From the NCBI GenBank assembly GCA_963666485.2, contig CAXXUO010000002.1, positions 416,001 to 480,000 on the forward strand: a stretch of DNA of 64,000 bases. The letters run 5' to 3'. The translations under genes were made by a program, and so were the position numbers. Position 1 is the first letter of the stretch. Each line of letters starts with the position of its first letter. This stretch comes from Syntrophorhabdaceae bacterium. Its GTDB lineage: Bacteria > Desulfobacterota > Syntrophorhabdia > Syntrophorhabdales > Syntrophorhabdaceae. The notes under the pieces are model-generated. The model saw nothing but the letters and a program-made list of their open reading frames with translations. It did no database searches and was not told the DNA's origin. Shown here piece by piece: positions 9,489 to 23,026 of this stretch.

Positions 9489-9735
9489 GTATCACCTGTA
9501 TTTCCGTTCTTCTTGTGTGCCGGTCGATACGCCTTATCGAGTACGAAAGTCTTCCCTGGTGAGCGCGAGCATCAGCAACAGATCGTAGATTTCTTAATAA
9601 CCTTCCCCTTACCCCTGCTTCATTATAACAAATGTCACCGGGAATTGAAGAGATATTTGCACCCTGCCGGAGGTGCGTATCCGGATATGTGGTTTGTCGT
9701 TGAAATAGGTGCGATTTGACTATATTTTATTATCG

Positions 9736-10554
9736 ATGAAAGTAATGGGGCCATGCCGCGCATGCCTTGCGGGATTGATCGATAAGACCGTGTCTTTATC
9801 GGGAGGCAGTCAAGGTGTGAGAGATTCTTCGCTTAACCTCCTCGACAGCATCTACGACCGGCAAGCTACCCCTCCTGCCATCGCGAACGTTCTTCTCGAC
9901 CATATAAGGCGCAAGACGGGGGTCGTAGATCCCTACGCAACGATCAAGTACCGGGAATTAAGGCTGGCCCGCTCATTCGCAAGCAGGCGGCACGGTGAAA
10001 AACCGGCTTCGTTATGGGACCATATCCACCTGTCCGCCCTCGGCAATTCCACGGACTTTTTTACGGGCGGGTCATTCGACACAGGCTCCTTTGTCCTCGC
10101 GGGTGATAAAGACAGGGTCGAGGCGGCCCTCTTTAGCGGCGGGAATGAGATAATGATGCTTGGGGATAACATGGGCGATTTCGTCTTTGACGCCGCACTC
10201 GCACACTTCCTGGAAGAAAAGGGGAAGAAGGTTTTTTACGCCGTTAAAGGAGGTCCCGTCCAGAACGATGTTTCGATGGAAGATGTGGCCCGCCACAGAC
10301 TCGAAAGGACCTATTCATCCATTGTTTCCACGGGCTGCGCCCGCGTCGGGCTCGCAAGAAGCGACATGACGGGAACGATCCGGCAATTGTGGGAAGAAGG
10401 CGTGCCCGTCATTGCGAAAGGCATGGGAAATTTCGAGACGATCAGTGAATTTGACGATGAACGTCAAGTGGTATATATAATGAAGGTAAAATGCCCTGCT
10501 GTCGCACATGCCGTACAAAGCGATATCGGGACATACATCGTTTACATGAGGTGA
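9736..10554 (+). CDS. DUF89/ARMT1-like damage-control phosphatase
   Basis: CxxC N-terminus, DPY, ALGNSTD, GDNMGD, QND, IAKGMGNFETI, KVKC. Confidence 0.88.
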   Translation: MKVMGPCRACLAGLIDKTVSLSGGSQGVRDSSLNLLDSIYDRQATPPAIANVLLDHIRRKTGVVDPYATIKYRELRLARSFASRRHGEKPASLWDHIHLSALGNSTDFFTGGSFDTGSFVLAGDKDRVEAALFSGGNEIMMLGDNMGDFVFDAALAHFLEEKGKKVFYAVKGGPVQNDVSMEDVARHRLERTYSSIVSTGCARVGLARSDMTGTIRQLWEEGVPVIAKGMGNFETISEFDDERQVVYIMKVKCPAVAHAVQSDIGTYIVYMR

Positions 10555-10560
10555 CCTGCG

Positions 10561-11490
10561 ATGGCAGAAAAACAGGATTACTACGATCTTCTCGGGGTAC
10601 CAAGAACTGCGTCCGAGGATGATATAAAGAAGGCATACCGGAAACTGGCATTGAAATATCACCCCGACCGCAATCCCGGCAACAAGGAGGCCGAGGAAAA
10701 GTTCAAGAAGATCAACGAGGCCTATGCTGTTTTGAGCGATCCCGAAAAACGTAAGCAGTTCGATCAGTTCGGGATGGGAGGCTTCCAGCAGCGCTACAGC
10801 GAGGAAGACATATTCAGGGGCTTCAATGTCGGTGACCTGTTCAAGGACCTGGGATTTGGCGGCGGCGACATCTTCAGCATGATCTTCGGGAACCGTGGCG
10901 CCGGACGGGCGGGACGCCAGCAACGGCAGCAGCAGTCCTGGGATTTCGGCGACTATATAACGCGCGAACAGCGCGGGGCAGAAGCAACGCAGGACCTTGA
11001 CCTGTACTATGAACTCGAGATCCCCTTCATGGACGCCATGCACGGCGCCGAAAAAAGAATATCCCTGGCAACGCAGTCGGGGACCGAAGAGGTTAACGTC
11101 AAGATACCCAAAGGCATCGCCACAGGCAAGAAACTGAGATTGAAAGGAAAAGGCAACATCGGGCGGTCCGGGCGCGGCGACCTCTACATTACGATGAAGG
11201 TCGGTGAGCACCCGGTCTTCAAACGCACCGGCAACGACCTCTATGTAAAAAAAGAGGTGAAAGTCACCGATGCCCTTCTTGGTACGGTTGTCGAGGTCCC
11301 GTCAATAGCAGGTCCCAAACGGGTGACAATACCGCCGGGCGTGCGGAGCCACTCCAAGGTCCGTCTGAAAGGCCTCGGGGTCCCGGGGGAAAATGGCGAT
11401 GAATACGTCGAGGTCATTATCGACGTCCCGAAAAAACTGACCGAAAAACAGAAGGCGCTCCTCGAAGAACTAAGAAAGGAAGGCCTCTGA
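10561..11490 (+). CDS. Type II DnaJ/CbpA-like co-chaperone
   Basis: J domain with HPD, G/F-rich linker, DnaJ C-terminal domain, no zinc finger. Confidence 0.93.
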   Translation: MAEKQDYYDLLGVPRTASEDDIKKAYRKLALKYHPDRNPGNKEAEEKFKKINEAYAVLSDPEKRKQFDQFGMGGFQQRYSEEDIFRGFNVGDLFKDLGFGGGDIFSMIFGNRGAGRAGRQQRQQQSWDFGDYITREQRGAEATQDLDLYYELEIPFMDAMHGAEKRISLATQSGTEEVNVKIPKGIATGKKLRLKGKGNIGRSGRGDLYITMKVGEHPVFKRTGNDLYVKKEVKVTDALLGTVVEVPSIAGPKRVTIPPGVRSHSKVRLKGLGVPGENGDEYVEVIIDVPKKLTEKQKALLEELRKEGL

Positions 11491-12269
11491 TGCTTCCACG
11501 CAGGCACATCCTCGATGTCTGGGAGATCATCAAGGATACCGAGGACCTCAAATCGATGGCAACGATCACGCTTGCGATCGATGCGATCAAGTACATGCAC
11601 AACGAACCGAAAAAGGACCACCTCGTCGAGGCCCTCGAACTGAACGAGTTCATATGCTTCATGTTTCCCGCCAAGAGGCCGAAGAACAGGTCCCTTCTCT
11701 ACCACGTGGTCTCAGACCTGGTCGGGCTTCTCATGTATGGCATGCCGAATACCCGCAAATATGCCATAGACAATATCGAGACGATCAACTATTCCGAAAA
11801 GAACATGGAGATATACCCCGTTATCGAAGTGTGGAACATGCTCAAGACCAAGGTCAAGAGAGGGAAAAACGAGACGGACGACATCATCGACGGGTTCATA
11901 AGAAAGATCCGCGTCGAGATGGACATTTTGGAAAGGTTCCCTTTCGTGGAAGATATCTTTCAGGAATCGAAGGAACGGATCAAGGAATGGCTCCCCTCGT
12001 TCGCAAGCTATTACGACGAGAACCGCAAGATGGTCCGCGGCACATATGACAAATGGTGGGCCACATGGATGTGTAAAACGAGCAAGGAAGAGATCCTTGG
12101 TGCCATGATCGACCGTCTTGCCGCGCAGACAGAGCATGAATATAACACTGTAATAAACAAGGACAAGATATTTTCTTCGATCATGGCGAACCCGCAGGTC
12201 AACCGGGCCGAAAACGAGCAGTTTACGCGCTGGTATAAGGAAGGCGTAAATTTATTGTTAAAAATTTAA
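11490..12269 (+). CDS. Hypothetical protein translationally coupled to the DnaJ gene
   Basis: TGATG stop/start overlap; 259 aa; no recognisable motif. Confidence 0.75.
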   Translation: MLPRRHILDVWEIIKDTEDLKSMATITLAIDAIKYMHNEPKKDHLVEALELNEFICFMFPAKRPKNRSLLYHVVSDLVGLLMYGMPNTRKYAIDNIETINYSEKNMEIYPVIEVWNMLKTKVKRGKNETDDIIDGFIRKIRVEMDILERFPFVEDIFQESKERIKEWLPSFASYYDENRKMVRGTYDKWWATWMCKTSKEEILGAMIDRLAAQTEHEYNTVINKDKIFSSIMANPQVNRAENEQFTRWYKEGVNLLLKI

Positions 12270-12278
12270 CCCGCAGGG

Positions 12279-12308
12279 TTGACAAAAACTTCCCCTAATC
12301 CTTATATT
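12279..12308 (+). promoter_or_regulatory. groESL promoter (TTGACA...TCCTTATATT)
   Basis: TTGACA at 12279 and TATATT at 12303; same motif upstream of dnaK. Confidence 0.65.
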
Positions 12309-12312
12309 AATT

Positions 12313-12339
12313 CTGGCAATCGTTTTTCGTTATTGCTAA
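12313..12339. promoter_or_regulatory. Degenerate CIRCE (HrcA operator)
   Basis: CTGGCAATC-N9-TATTGCTAA versus consensus TTAGCACTC-N9-GAGTGCTAA, between the promoter and groES. Confidence 0.65.
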
Positions 12340-12368
12340 TTCAACAACCAAGAAAGGAGTGTGAAACA

Positions 12369-14320
<1,952 letters not shown>

Positions 14321-14336
14321 GAGACAAGAGTAAAAG

Positions 14337-14367
14337 AAAACGGGCCTCAATTGAGGCCCGTTTTTTT
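14337..14367. terminator. Bidirectional intrinsic terminator
   Basis: AAAACGGGCCTCAATTGAGGCCCGTTTTTTT between convergent groEL and dodecin. Confidence 0.88.
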
Positions 14368-14381
14368 ATTCACCCTTCCCC

Positions 14382-14597
14382 TTAACCTTCACTGTGATAC
14401 TTAAATGAAATACCGAGGCGTACCCGAAACTGGCTTACTTTTCCATTCTCGACCGTCACATCCTGCTTGATCACCTCAGCAACCCGCAGGTCTTCGAGGC
14501 TTTTCCCCGCGGTATCGAGGGCAACTTTCGCCGCATCTTCCCACGATTTCTCGCTTGTCCCGACTATCTCGATGATCTTGTAAACACTTCCTGGCAT
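14382..14597 (-). CDS. Dodecin family flavin/nucleotide-binding protein
   Basis: SVYKIIEIVGTS..SWEDA...RVAEV...FRVRL.ISFKY. Confidence 0.9.
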   Translation of the reverse strand: MPGSVYKIIEIVGTSEKSWEDAAKVALDTAGKSLEDLRVAEVIKQDVTVENGKVSQFRVRLGISFKYHSEG

Positions 14598-14673
14598 GTT
14601 CGCCTCCTTTCAGTATAATTTACAAATCAGGTTATAGGGTGTTATAGCACATTATGAAAATCTGTCAATATAT

Positions 14674-14705
14674 ACGGCGAACGGCGAACGGCGAACGGCT
14701 AACGG
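14674..14705 (+). repeat. Heptamer array (AACGGCG/AACGGCT)n
   Basis: acggcga x3 then acggcta acgg. Confidence 0.85.
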
Positions 14706-14844
14706 AAAAAAAGATATGCGGCCTGACTGAAATACAGATGCGCATGGACAGCAAAGGGCTAGCGGAGGAGAATATCCAGCCGTTTATAACTATTGAAATT
14801 GATGGCGGAAAAAACGAAAAGAAATTTCTTGCCCCCAGTCTTTT

Positions 14845-14885
14845 GCCGTTAGCCGTTAGCCGTTAGCCGTTAGCCGTTCGCCGTC
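14845..14885 (+). repeat. Heptamer array (GCCGTTA)n overlapping the arnD stop
   Basis: Inverted partner of 14674-14705. Confidence 0.88.
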
Positions 14886-15775
14886 TGTACACACACCTCC
14901 CCTGCCCTGCCGGCGATCGTACCGTATTCAACACGACAGGTCGGCGTACCGGGATCTTGCCGGGATGCTTCGGCGATATCTATAAGCCGCTCAAAAGAAT
15001 ACCCCCGCTGCTTTGCCTGATCAATGAATGAGCGGAGAAAACCACTCCAGCGTTTACCTTCGAGTTCTGTATGCACGGTCACGATATTGAGGCCTTCTGT
15101 AAGCAACCCAAGGTAATGGTCCACGAGCACCTTTTCGTCGGTGCTCACGATACCGATGACCTCGTCAAGGGTCGGAAGTGTTGTGGGGATCTGCAGTATG
15201 GGGAATTTTTTCGCGGACATTTCCGGATAGAATGGAAGTTCCCCGCGCGTGTCGGAGCTGTACACCAGTCCCTTTTCGCTGAACATTTTGAGGACAAATG
15301 GATTTATCATCCATCCGGGCGCGGCAAAGGAGCGTGCGTCCGTGCCCGTTACCTCGCGGTATACGGAAAGCAGTTTAACTATCTCGCGTCTTGTTCTTTC
15401 TTCGTCGAAATGCTTTATCGAGTCGTGCCATTTGACATGATCATATCCGTGGATGCCAAGCTCGTGCCCCTCTTGTACGATCTTCCTGATAAGCCCGGTG
15501 TTCTTTTGGGCGATTCGGGGCCCCGGCAGGATGAGCCCGTACATGAGCGTCTTGACGCCGTACGTGCTCACAACGCCTACCCTTCCCGTTTTTTTGAGGA
15601 AGCCTTTCCGGGTGAAGACGCGCTTTACCGTCCTGCCCGTATTGTCCCTGCCCATCGGGACAAAGAAGCTCGCCTTGATTGCGCTGTCCCTGAATATGTC
15701 GAGGAGGACCGGCACCCCGCTGCGCATACCGGCAAAGGTATCGACATCCACCTTTATGCCAATCGTCCGATCCAT
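14870..15775 (-). CDS. arnD: Undecaprenyl-P-L-Ara4FN deformylase (polysaccharide deacetylase family)
   Basis: KVDVDT..G...GVP, GRDNTGR, HGYDHVKW, IPTTLPTLDE, HTELEG; lies in the arn cluster. Confidence 0.85.
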   Translation of the reverse strand: MDRTIGIKVDVDTFAGMRSGVPVLLDIFRDSAIKASFFVPMGRDNTGRTVKRVFTRKGFLKKTGRVGVVSTYGVKTLMYGLILPGPRIAQKNTGLIRKIVQEGHELGIHGYDHVKWHDSIKHFDEERTRREIVKLLSVYREVTGTDARSFAAPGWMINPFVLKMFSEKGLVYSSDTRGELPFYPEMSAKKFPILQIPTTLPTLDEVIGIVSTDEKVLVDHYLGLLTEGLNIVTVHTELEGKRWSGFLRSFIDQAKQRGYSFERLIDIAEASRQDPGTPTCRVEYGTIAGRAGEVCVQTANG

Positions 15776-15782
15776 GCTTTAT

Positions 15783-16823
15783 TTACCGGCGCGCCTGGGA
15801 GAAGCTTGTTGCAAGGTAATAATCAAGGGTCTTGCCGAGCGCCGTATCGAGGTCGACCTTCGGTTCCCACCCGATAAGCTCTTTTGCCCTGGCTATCGAT
15901 GGTACCCTCCGGTCTATATCCTGGTACCCTTCTCCGTAAAAATCCTTTGAAAATACCTCGATTATCTCGGAATGCTTCGCGAAATGCCCCGTCCTGGGGT
16001 CGCTCGTGAACATATCCTTCAGTTTCGTGGCAAGTTCTTTGACCGTTGCTTCATTTTTGGGGTTGCCTATATTGAAGATCTGCCCGTTGAGTTTGTCATC
16101 CTTGTTCTCAACGATCTTCATCAGACATTCGATCCCGTCGTCGATATAGGTAAAGCACCGTTTCTGGAGGCCTCCGTCGACGAGGCGGATCGGTTCCCCG
16201 AGAAAGAGGCTGCTGATAAACTGTGTGACAACGCGTGAGCTGCCTTCTTTTTCCGGGTCGGTCCACAATTCGTCGAGCTTCGGGCCTATCCAGTTAAAAG
16301 GCCGGAACAAGGTGAACTTCAGCCCGTGCTGGAACCCGTATGCCCAGATGACCCGGTCAAGGAGCTGCTTTGACGCACTGTATATCCAACGCTGCTTGTT
16401 GATCGGGCCGAGCACGAGCGGGCTTTCGTCTTCACGGAACTCGGTGTCGGGGCACATGCCGTAGACTTCCGATGTCGAAGGAAAAAGAAGCCTTTTCCCG
16501 TACTTGACACAAAGACGGACCACCTTGAGATTTTCCTCGAAGTCGAGCTCGAAGACCTTGAGCGGCTCCCGCACATATGTCATCGGCGTGGCGATCGCAA
16601 CGAGCGGCATGACGACGTCGCATTTCTTGACGTGGTATTCGATCCATTCCCTGTTGATCGAGATATCGCCCTCGACATAATGGAAACGTTCATGCCCCAG
16701 GCATTCCCCGAGCTTGTCGGCCCGTATGTCGAGCCCGTAGACCTCCCAGTCTGTCTCGTTGAGCACGCGCTCCGCAAGGGCGTTGCCGATAAATCCGTTC
16801 ACTCCGAGTACTAAAAGCCTCAA
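15783..16823 (-). CDS. arnA: UDP-glucuronate dehydrogenase/decarboxylase (stand-alone ArnA C-terminal domain)
   Basis: [45 protein letters not shown] start at 16823 with GGAGG RBS. Confidence 0.9.
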   Translation of the reverse strand: MRLLVLGVNGFIGNALAERVLNETDWEVYGLDIRADKLGECLGHERFHYVEGDISINREWIEYHVKKCDVVMPLVAIATPMTYVREPLKVFELDFEENLKVVRLCVKYGKRLLFPSTSEVYGMCPDTEFREDESPLVLGPINKQRWIYSASKQLLDRVIWAYGFQHGLKFTLFRPFNWIGPKLDELWTDPEKEGSSRVVTQFISSLFLGEPIRLVDGGLQKRCFTYIDDGIECLMKIVENKDDKLNGQIFNIGNPKNEATVKELATKLKDMFTSDPRTGHFAKHSEIIEVFSKDFYGEGYQDIDRRVPSIARAKELIGWEPKVDLDTALGKTLDYYLATSFSQARR

Positions 16824-17740
16824 GGATGACCTCCTAAGATAATGTTTTTCAATGTATGGGACGACGCAAGGCCGGCGGCATCCGTCTCGTTCTCGCCTTC
16901 CACCTGCACGGTGATAAGCTTCAATGCCCCGGATCCGGCCTTTACCAGCAAAGGGTCTTCGGATATGACCGCTCCCGCGGGAGCGTTCGCAGATGAGTCC
17001 ACGGGGTATGCCTTCCAGATGAACAGCTTTCTGCCGTCGAAGTACGTGAACGCGCCGGGATACGGATGGGTCACCGCACGCGTCAGGTTGTATATCGCCG
17101 CAGCGTCCCGGTTCCAATCGATGCGCCCGTCCTCGGGCCTGCGCCCGCCGAAATAGGATGAAGGCCCTATCTGCGGGGACCGCGTGAATGTACCGTTCAG
17201 TATCGTCGGCAGGATCTCGTGCATGAGATCACCCGCCGCGTGAACGAGTTTGCGGTAGACGGACAGGACATCGTCTTCAAATTCGATCGTTACTTCCTTT
17301 TGCCCGACAATGTCACCGGCGTCCGGTTTCTCGACCATATCGTGCAGGGTCACCCCGGTCCTTGCCTCGCCGCCTATGATAACCCAGTTCACCGGGCAGC
17401 GCCCGCGGTACTGCGGCAGGAGAGAACCGTGCAGGTTAAAGGCCCCGACCGGTGGTATCTCAAGTATGGAGTTCGGGATCATTTTCCGGTAATAGAACGA
17501 GAAGATCACATCCGGCCGGAGGTCCCGGATGACATCCGTCCATTTTTCCTCTTTTATATTGTCGGGCGTGAATACGGGGATCCCGTGCTTTTCGGCTATC
17601 GCCAGCGGCGTCCTGAACCATATCTCCTCGTCCGGGTCATCTTCGTGGGTGAAAAGACAGGCTACATCGACACCGGCTTCGAGGAGCGCTTCCAGGCAGA
17701 CAAAACCGACCTCCTGGTATGCGAAGACGACTGCTTTCAC
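16820..17740 (-). CDS. arnA: UDP-L-Ara4N formyltransferase (stand-alone ArnA N-terminal domain)
   Basis: [44 protein letters not shown]. Confidence 0.9.
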   Translation of the reverse strand: MKAVVFAYQEVGFVCLEALLEAGVDVACLFTHEDDPDEEIWFRTPLAIAEKHGIPVFTPDNIKEEKWTDVIRDLRPDVIFSFYYRKMIPNSILEIPPVGAFNLHGSLLPQYRGRCPVNWVIIGGEARTGVTLHDMVEKPDAGDIVGQKEVTIEFEDDVLSVYRKLVHAAGDLMHEILPTILNGTFTRSPQIGPSSYFGGRRPEDGRIDWNRDAAAIYNLTRAVTHPYPGAFTYFDGRKLFIWKAYPVDSSANAPAGAVISEDPLLVKAGSGALKLITVQVEGENETDAAGLASSHTLKNIILGGHP

Positions 17741-18666
17741 ATATATTCCTTTTTGATAATATACCGGGGACGCCGCCTGACCTCCTGGTAGATCCTCCCG
17801 ATATATTCCCCGATCACCCCCAGGGCGAATATCTGGATGCCGATGAAGAAGAAGAGGATGCCGATGAGGGTGAACGTGCCTTCTCCCTCGGGGCCTATGA
17901 CGATCCTGCGGACCATAAGGAAGACGGCGAAGGCAAGCCCGACGAAGGCGATGATCACCCCGAGCATGCTTATGAATTGAATAGGCAGAAGGGAAAAATT
18001 GGTCATCAGGTCAAAATTGAGCCTGAAAAGCTTGAAGGGGCTGTACTTGGATGTTCCCTTCTTCCGTTCCTCGTGACCAACCTCTATCTCCGTTATTTTT
18101 TTTGCGAAAGTATTCGCCAGTGCCGGGATGAAGCTCGACGATTCCGGGCACATGTTCATGTAGTCGACTATGTTGCGCCGGTAGGCCCGCAGCATGCACC
18201 CGTAGTCCCTTAAGCGCACCCCGACGAGCTTGGCCGTTATCCTGTTGACGATATACGACGGCAGTTTCCGGAAAAGGGAATCCCGCCTGTTCTTTCTGTA
18301 GGTGGCAACAACCTCGTACCCTTCTTCGGCCTTTGCGACCAGCCTTGGGATCTCTTCGGGCGGGTTCTGGAGGTCCGCGTCGATCGTAACGACTATTTCG
18401 CCGCCGGCATAGTCGAACCCGGCAAAAAGGGCCATGTGCTGCCCGTAGTTCCTGTTGAACTCTATGACCTTTACCCGCGTGTCCTCTTTATGAAAGGACT
18501 CGAGGATCTGTTCCGTCCGGTCGGTGCTTCCGTCATTGATATATATGATCTCGTACGTTTTCTGTATGCCTTGAAGTGCGGCCTGAAGCCGGGTGTGAAG
18601 CTCCGGCAGCGACTCTTCTTCGTTCAGAACGGGAACAAGTACGGAAATGTACGGTTTGTCAGCCAT
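17737..18666 (-). CDS. arnC: Undecaprenyl-phosphate L-Ara4FN transferase (GT2)
   Basis: NDGSTD, RNYGQH, DADLQNPPEEIP, DYGCMLRAYRR; two C-terminal TM helices. Confidence 0.9.
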   Translation of the reverse strand: MADKPYISVLVPVLNEEESLPELHTRLQAALQGIQKTYEIIYINDGSTDRTEQILESFHKEDTRVKVIEFNRNYGQHMALFAGFDYAGGEIVVTIDADLQNPPEEIPRLVAKAEEGYEVVATYRKNRRDSLFRKLPSYIVNRITAKLVGVRLRDYGCMLRAYRRNIVDYMNMCPESSSFIPALANTFAKKITEIEVGHEERKKGTSKYSPFKLFRLNFDLMTNFSLLPIQFISMLGVIIAFVGLAFAVFLMVRRIVIGPEGEGTFTLIGILFFFIGIQIFALGVIGEYIGRIYQEVRRRPRYIIKKEYM

Positions 18667-20212
18667 TTCTCCTCACATAAAATATATACTCGTCCTTTTC
18701 GTACCGTACTTTATTGACGGGTACGAACGATCTTTCGAGCACATCCCTCAAATGCCTGGTCGGTTTTTCCTCGACAATGAGTAGTATATCATTTTCATTG
18801 GGATTTATCTCTTTAATATCGCGCAGCATTGTTATGGGTTTCCCGATGTAGAATATGATGCCCGCGGAGTTGAAACCGAATGTGTAGATCTTTTTCGTCG
18901 ATTTATATTCCCCCAGCGGACCGGTTATGAGCGTCAGAGATTTGGAGGTCCTGTCGACGAGCGGCATATAATACGCGCTGTAAAAGAAACCCCCGAACAC
19001 CATGAAGAAAAGGCAGCAGGAGATCGCTAGGTCATGCCGCTTCCTGAAAAGCGCCGCCAGGAACCCGATCCCCGCCAGGAGGAAAATGGCGAGATATACG
19101 TAGAGCGACCAGGGCCCTTCCCTGAAAACGGCAACATCTTCCTTCGGCAGGACGTTGATCGCGACGACCGCCCCGAGCGGGACGCAGATCAGGAGACACG
19201 CAAAGATCTTGAGCAGTGCGTTCGTCCATCCCTTCGATACCAGTGATTCCCAGGAGTCCCTCAGGTAAAGTCCCGTTATCAGCGCGAGTGCCGGGTAGGC
19301 TGAAAGAAGATAGATGGCCCTCTTGCTCTGGGAGAATTCGAAGAAAAGGAAGATCAGGATGAACCAGACGAGAGGGAACGTGTAGCGACGCCTGAAAGCG
19401 CTGAAAAGCGCGAAAGGCAGGATAAGGCTCCACGGCATGAAATTGAAAAAGAGCTTGTGGAAATAATACCAGGGCGTTTCAAGGTGGTCGAACGCATTGG
19501 TGTAGCGCGTCAGGTTCTGATGAAAAATAAATTCCCTGATATAGGCGTCCCCTGCCATTATAAACCAGATCGAGGCGATCGCGGCGGCCAGGATGCAGCC
19601 AAGAACGAGGTAGAGGATATAGCGCTTGAATTGCCTCTTAAAGATGATAAGGAAGAAGGCGACGCCCGCCGGGATGGCAAGGCCCGCCGGTCCCTTTGTC
19701 AGGATGGCGAGGGCGCCCGGGATAAACGACAGTATGAAGAGGAGCCGTTTATCCTTCTCGAGCGATATGTACACGAAGTAAATAGAAAGCCCTATAAAAA
19801 AGGCAAACATCATATCCATGACCGATTCCCGGGCGTTTGAAAGGAACTGGTAATTCGTGGCAAGAACAAGCCCTGCCAGGAATCCGGCCGTGTCGTCCTT
19901 GAGCCTGCATCCGAGAAGGAAGGTAATGACAACCAAAAGAAGTGCGGACAGGGCCGACGGCGCCCGGGACGCGAATTCATTGAGATTGCCCGACATTTTC
20001 GCGGCGGCCATGATCGTCCACGAATAGAACGGCGGTTTTTCGAGATACGGCACACCATTGAGATATGGCCGGATATAGTCCCCGCGGTCGAGCATCTCCC
20101 GGGCCATGATGGCCTGCCTCGGTTCATCCGGGTCCCATAGTGACGTGGCTCCCAGGTTAAAGAAAAAAAGGATCCCGGCCAGGATGATAAGTATTGTCAG
20201 TTTTAATTTCAT
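18659..20212 (-). CDS. arnT: ArnT/PMT family (GT83) lipid A L-Ara4N transferase
   Basis: WDPDEPR...AREML...YLEKPP, LTKGP, SKR..YLL; multiple TM helices. Confidence 0.88.
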   Translation of the reverse strand: MKLKLTILIILAGILFFFNLGATSLWDPDEPRQAIMAREMLDRGDYIRPYLNGVPYLEKPPFYSWTIMAAAKMSGNLNEFASRAPSALSALLLVVITFLLGCRLKDDTAGFLAGLVLATNYQFLSNARESVMDMMFAFFIGLSIYFVYISLEKDKRLLFILSFIPGALAILTKGPAGLAIPAGVAFFLIIFKRQFKRYILYLVLGCILAAAIASIWFIMAGDAYIREFIFHQNLTRYTNAFDHLETPWYYFHKLFFNFMPWSLILPFALFSAFRRRYTFPLVWFILIFLFFEFSQSKRAIYLLSAYPALALITGLYLRDSWESLVSKGWTNALLKIFACLLICVPLGAVVAINVLPKEDVAVFREGPWSLYVYLAIFLLAGIGFLAALFRKRHDLAISCCLFFMVFGGFFYSAYYMPLVDRTSKSLTLITGPLGEYKSTKKIYTFGFNSAGIIFYIGKPITMLRDIKEINPNENDILLIVEEKPTRHLRDVLERSFVPVNKVRYEKDEYIFYVRRNG

Positions 20213-20592
20213 CTCACGTTTTTCGTTATTGCCAAAACACTGCAAAAATACAGGAAGTTTTATATGCCAATACGCGACATTTTTCAATATTTCTTTATGG
20301 TTTTCCCGGGAAATTCATTTAAAGCATCAATAATTCCGGATTATTATACATGATATCTGCTGAAAAACGGGAAAAATTCCCCGGTGTCAGAACGGCGCTT
20401 GAAGCGCCGGAATCCGTTTCGCCATTAGCCGGCCTGAAACAGGGCAACCCCGGTGTCAGCACCGGTCACGTTCCCTGCGCCCCGACCATTCACGTCACGG
20501 CGCAGGCTGTCGCATGGCTCCCTTCATTCCATATGTCCAAGTAATATTTGACATTATTCAATAATTTTTATACCATATCCTTCATTATTCCT

Positions 20593-20802
20593 ATGGACCA
20601 GGCCGAAAATGCGCAGGAAATTTATAACCAGTACAAGGGGCAGCACGCAACGCTGGACCGGCGGATCCAGATGCTCCTTAAGAAGTCATACCTGACTGAG
20701 GCCGAGGAACGGGAAATGAAAGTCCTGAAGAAAAAAAAGCTCTACTGTAAAGACCTTATGGAAAGTCTCGCTGATGCGATGCAGCGAAAGGAGAAACATT
20801 GA
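20593..20802 (+). CDS. YdcH/DUF465 family small protein
   Basis: QH..LD..I......LT..EE.E...LKKKKL..KD; typical upstream of ilvB in deltaproteobacteria. Confidence 0.75.
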   Translation: MDQAENAQEIYNQYKGQHATLDRRIQMLLKKSYLTEAEEREMKVLKKKKLYCKDLMESLADAMQRKEKH

Positions 20803-22490
20803 AAAGAACGGGTGCACAGATCTTCGTCGAATCATTGAAGGCCGAAGGCATCGATACGATATTCTGCTATCCGGGGGGCGCGACGCTCAACATTACGGAC
20901 GCCCTCACCGATATAAGCCAGATACGGCAGGTTGTTGTCCGTCATGAGCAGGCCGCCGTCCACGCCGCCGACGGGTATGCCCGCGCCTCGGGAAAAGTAG
21001 GGGTCGCGCTCGTTACGTCGGGCCCCGGCGCAACGAACACGGTTACGGGCATTGCAACGGCATACATGGATTCTATACCCATGCTCATCTTCTCGTGCCA
21101 GGTGAACACCATGCTGATCGGCAACGATGCCTTTCAGGAGGCCGATATAGTCGGGATCACCCGGCCGTGCACAAAGCACAGCTACCTCGTCAGGGATGTA
21201 AAAGACCTGGCGAAAATAATCAAGGAGGCCTTCCATATCGCCGAATCGGGAAGGCCGGGCCCCGTTCTCGTGGACATACCAAAAGACGTCTCGTCGGCCC
21301 TCCATGATTTTAAATATCCCGACAAGGTCCACATTCGCAGCTATCAGCCAACATATGTCGGCCATTCCGGCCAGATAAAGAAGGCCATGCGGCTGATCAT
21401 GCACGCAAAGAGGCCGGTCCTTTACACGGGCGGCGGCGTCATATTGTCGAACGCCTCCACGGAATTGACAAAATTCGCGGAAGCCCTGTCCATACCGGTG
21501 ACGAACACCCTGATGGGGCTCGGCGGCATCCCGGGAGACCATCCGCTCTTTCTCGGCATGCTCGGCATGCACGGCACCTATGCCGCGAACATGGCCATCA
21601 CTGAATCAGACCTCATCATAGCCATGGGGGCACGGTTCGATGACCGCGCCACGGGCAAGACGGACGAGTTCGCCCCGCATGCGAAGATCATCCATATCGA
21701 TATAGACCCGACATCGATCAGCAAGAACATAAAGGTCGATATCCCCATTGTCGGGGACACCCGCAATGTCCTCATCAACATGTTGAAGATAATCGAGGAC
21801 GAAAAAGACGCCTATAAACAGCAGCATCACAACGTCGCGGAGTGGATCGCGAAAATAAATAAATGGAAAAAGGATTACCCGCTCACCTATCAGAAAAACA
21901 CTATGCTGAAGCCCCAGTATGTCATCGAGCGGATCTTCCAATTAACAAAAGGAAAAGCGATCATAACGACGGAGGTCGGCCAGAACCAGATGTGGGCTGC
22001 CCAGTTCTTCAAGTTCCTGAAGCCCAGGACATGCCTCACATCCGGGGGCCTGGGCACCATGGGCTACGGCTTTCCGGCGGCGATCGGTGCGCAGGTGGCT
22101 TTCCCCGGATCCCTCGTCATCGACATAGCCGGGGACGGCAGCATCCAGATGAACATCCAGGAACTGGCGACCGCGGTCCAGTACAACCTGCCCGTCAAGG
22201 TCGTCATTCTCAACAACGGGTTTCTCGGCATGGTCAGACAGTGGCAGGAGCTTTTCTATGAAAAAAGGTACACCTGGACGCACCTGCACTCACCCGATTT
22301 TGTCAAGGTAGCCGAGGCCTATGGCGCCGTGGGCTTGAGGATAAGCGAAGAAAAAGATGTCGACAAGGTCTTGAAGCAGGCATTCAAGAACAACCGCCCT
22401 ACGTTTATCGACGTCCACGTGAGCCCCGAGGAATGCGTATATCCGATGGTTCCCGCCGGCGCATCCCTGAAAGAGATGCTTCTTGTTTAG
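20799..22490 (+). CDS. ilvB: Acetolactate synthase large subunit
   Basis: [33 protein letters not shown]hDP motif. Confidence 0.97.
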   Translation: MKRTGAQIFVESLKAEGIDTIFCYPGGATLNITDALTDISQIRQVVVRHEQAAVHAADGYARASGKVGVALVTSGPGATNTVTGIATAYMDSIPMLIFSCQVNTMLIGNDAFQEADIVGITRPCTKHSYLVRDVKDLAKIIKEAFHIAESGRPGPVLVDIPKDVSSALHDFKYPDKVHIRSYQPTYVGHSGQIKKAMRLIMHAKRPVLYTGGGVILSNASTELTKFAEALSIPVTNTLMGLGGIPGDHPLFLGMLGMHGTYAANMAITESDLIIAMGARFDDRATGKTDEFAPHAKIIHIDIDPTSISKNIKVDIPIVGDTRNVLINMLKIIEDEKDAYKQQHHNVAEWIAKINKWKKDYPLTYQKNTMLKPQYVIERIFQLTKGKAIITTEVGQNQMWAAQFFKFLKPRTCLTSGGLGTMGYGFPAAIGAQVAFPGSLVIDIAGDGSIQMNIQELATAVQYNLPVKVVILNNGFLGMVRQWQELFYEKRYTWTHLHSPDFVKVAEAYGAVGLRISEEKDVDKVLKQAFKNNRPTFIDVHVSPEECVYPMVPAGASLKEMLLV

Positions 22491-22498
22491 GAGGAAAA

Positions 22499-23026
22499 TT
22501 GAGACATACCATTTCGCTTCTTGTTGAGAACGAGTTCGGTGTCCTTTCGAGGATCGCAGGCCTTTTCAGCGGCAGGGGGTTCAATATAGAGAGCCTCTGC
22601 GTTGCGGAAAGCCTCGATCCCACGATTTCGACCATGACCATCGTGACCACCGGCAACGATGCCATCCTCGAACAGATCCTGAAACAGCTCAACAAGCTTA
22701 TAAATGTTATCAAGGTGGTCGATTTCAAAGATATAGATTACGTCTCGCGCGAAATGATACTCGTCAAGGTCAATGCCGAGGAAAAGACACGGGCGGAAAT
22801 CCTGAGGATAGTCGAGATATTCCGGGGCAAGGTGATCGACGTGTCGAGCCGCACCTACACCATCATGATCACGGGTGACGAAGGAAAGCTCAGCGCCTTT
22901 ATCAACCTGATAAAACCGCTTGGCATCAAGGAGCTTGTACGGACCGGACCGATAGCCATGGCGCGGGGTGAAAGAATGTTGAAGGTCAAAGAAAAAACTG
23001 AAATGAAGGAGGAAGCAAATGGCTAA
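22499..23026 (+). CDS. ilvN: Acetolactate synthase small subunit
   Basis: [27 protein letters not shown] domain; TTG start with GGAGG RBS. Confidence 0.95.
   Translation: MRHTISLLVENEFGVLSRIAGLFSGRGFNIESLCVAESLDPTISTMTIVTTGNDAILEQILKQLNKLINVIKVVDFKDIDYVSREMILVKVNAEEKTRAEILRIVEIFRGKVIDVSSRTYTIMITGDEGKLSAFINLIKPLGIKELVRTGPIAMARGERMLKVKEKTEMKEEANG

Noticed and set aside
14654..14866. 70-aa ORF between dodecin and arnD
   Set aside because: Both ends are translated heptamer repeats (TANGERLT, LPLAVSR) and there is no clear RBS.
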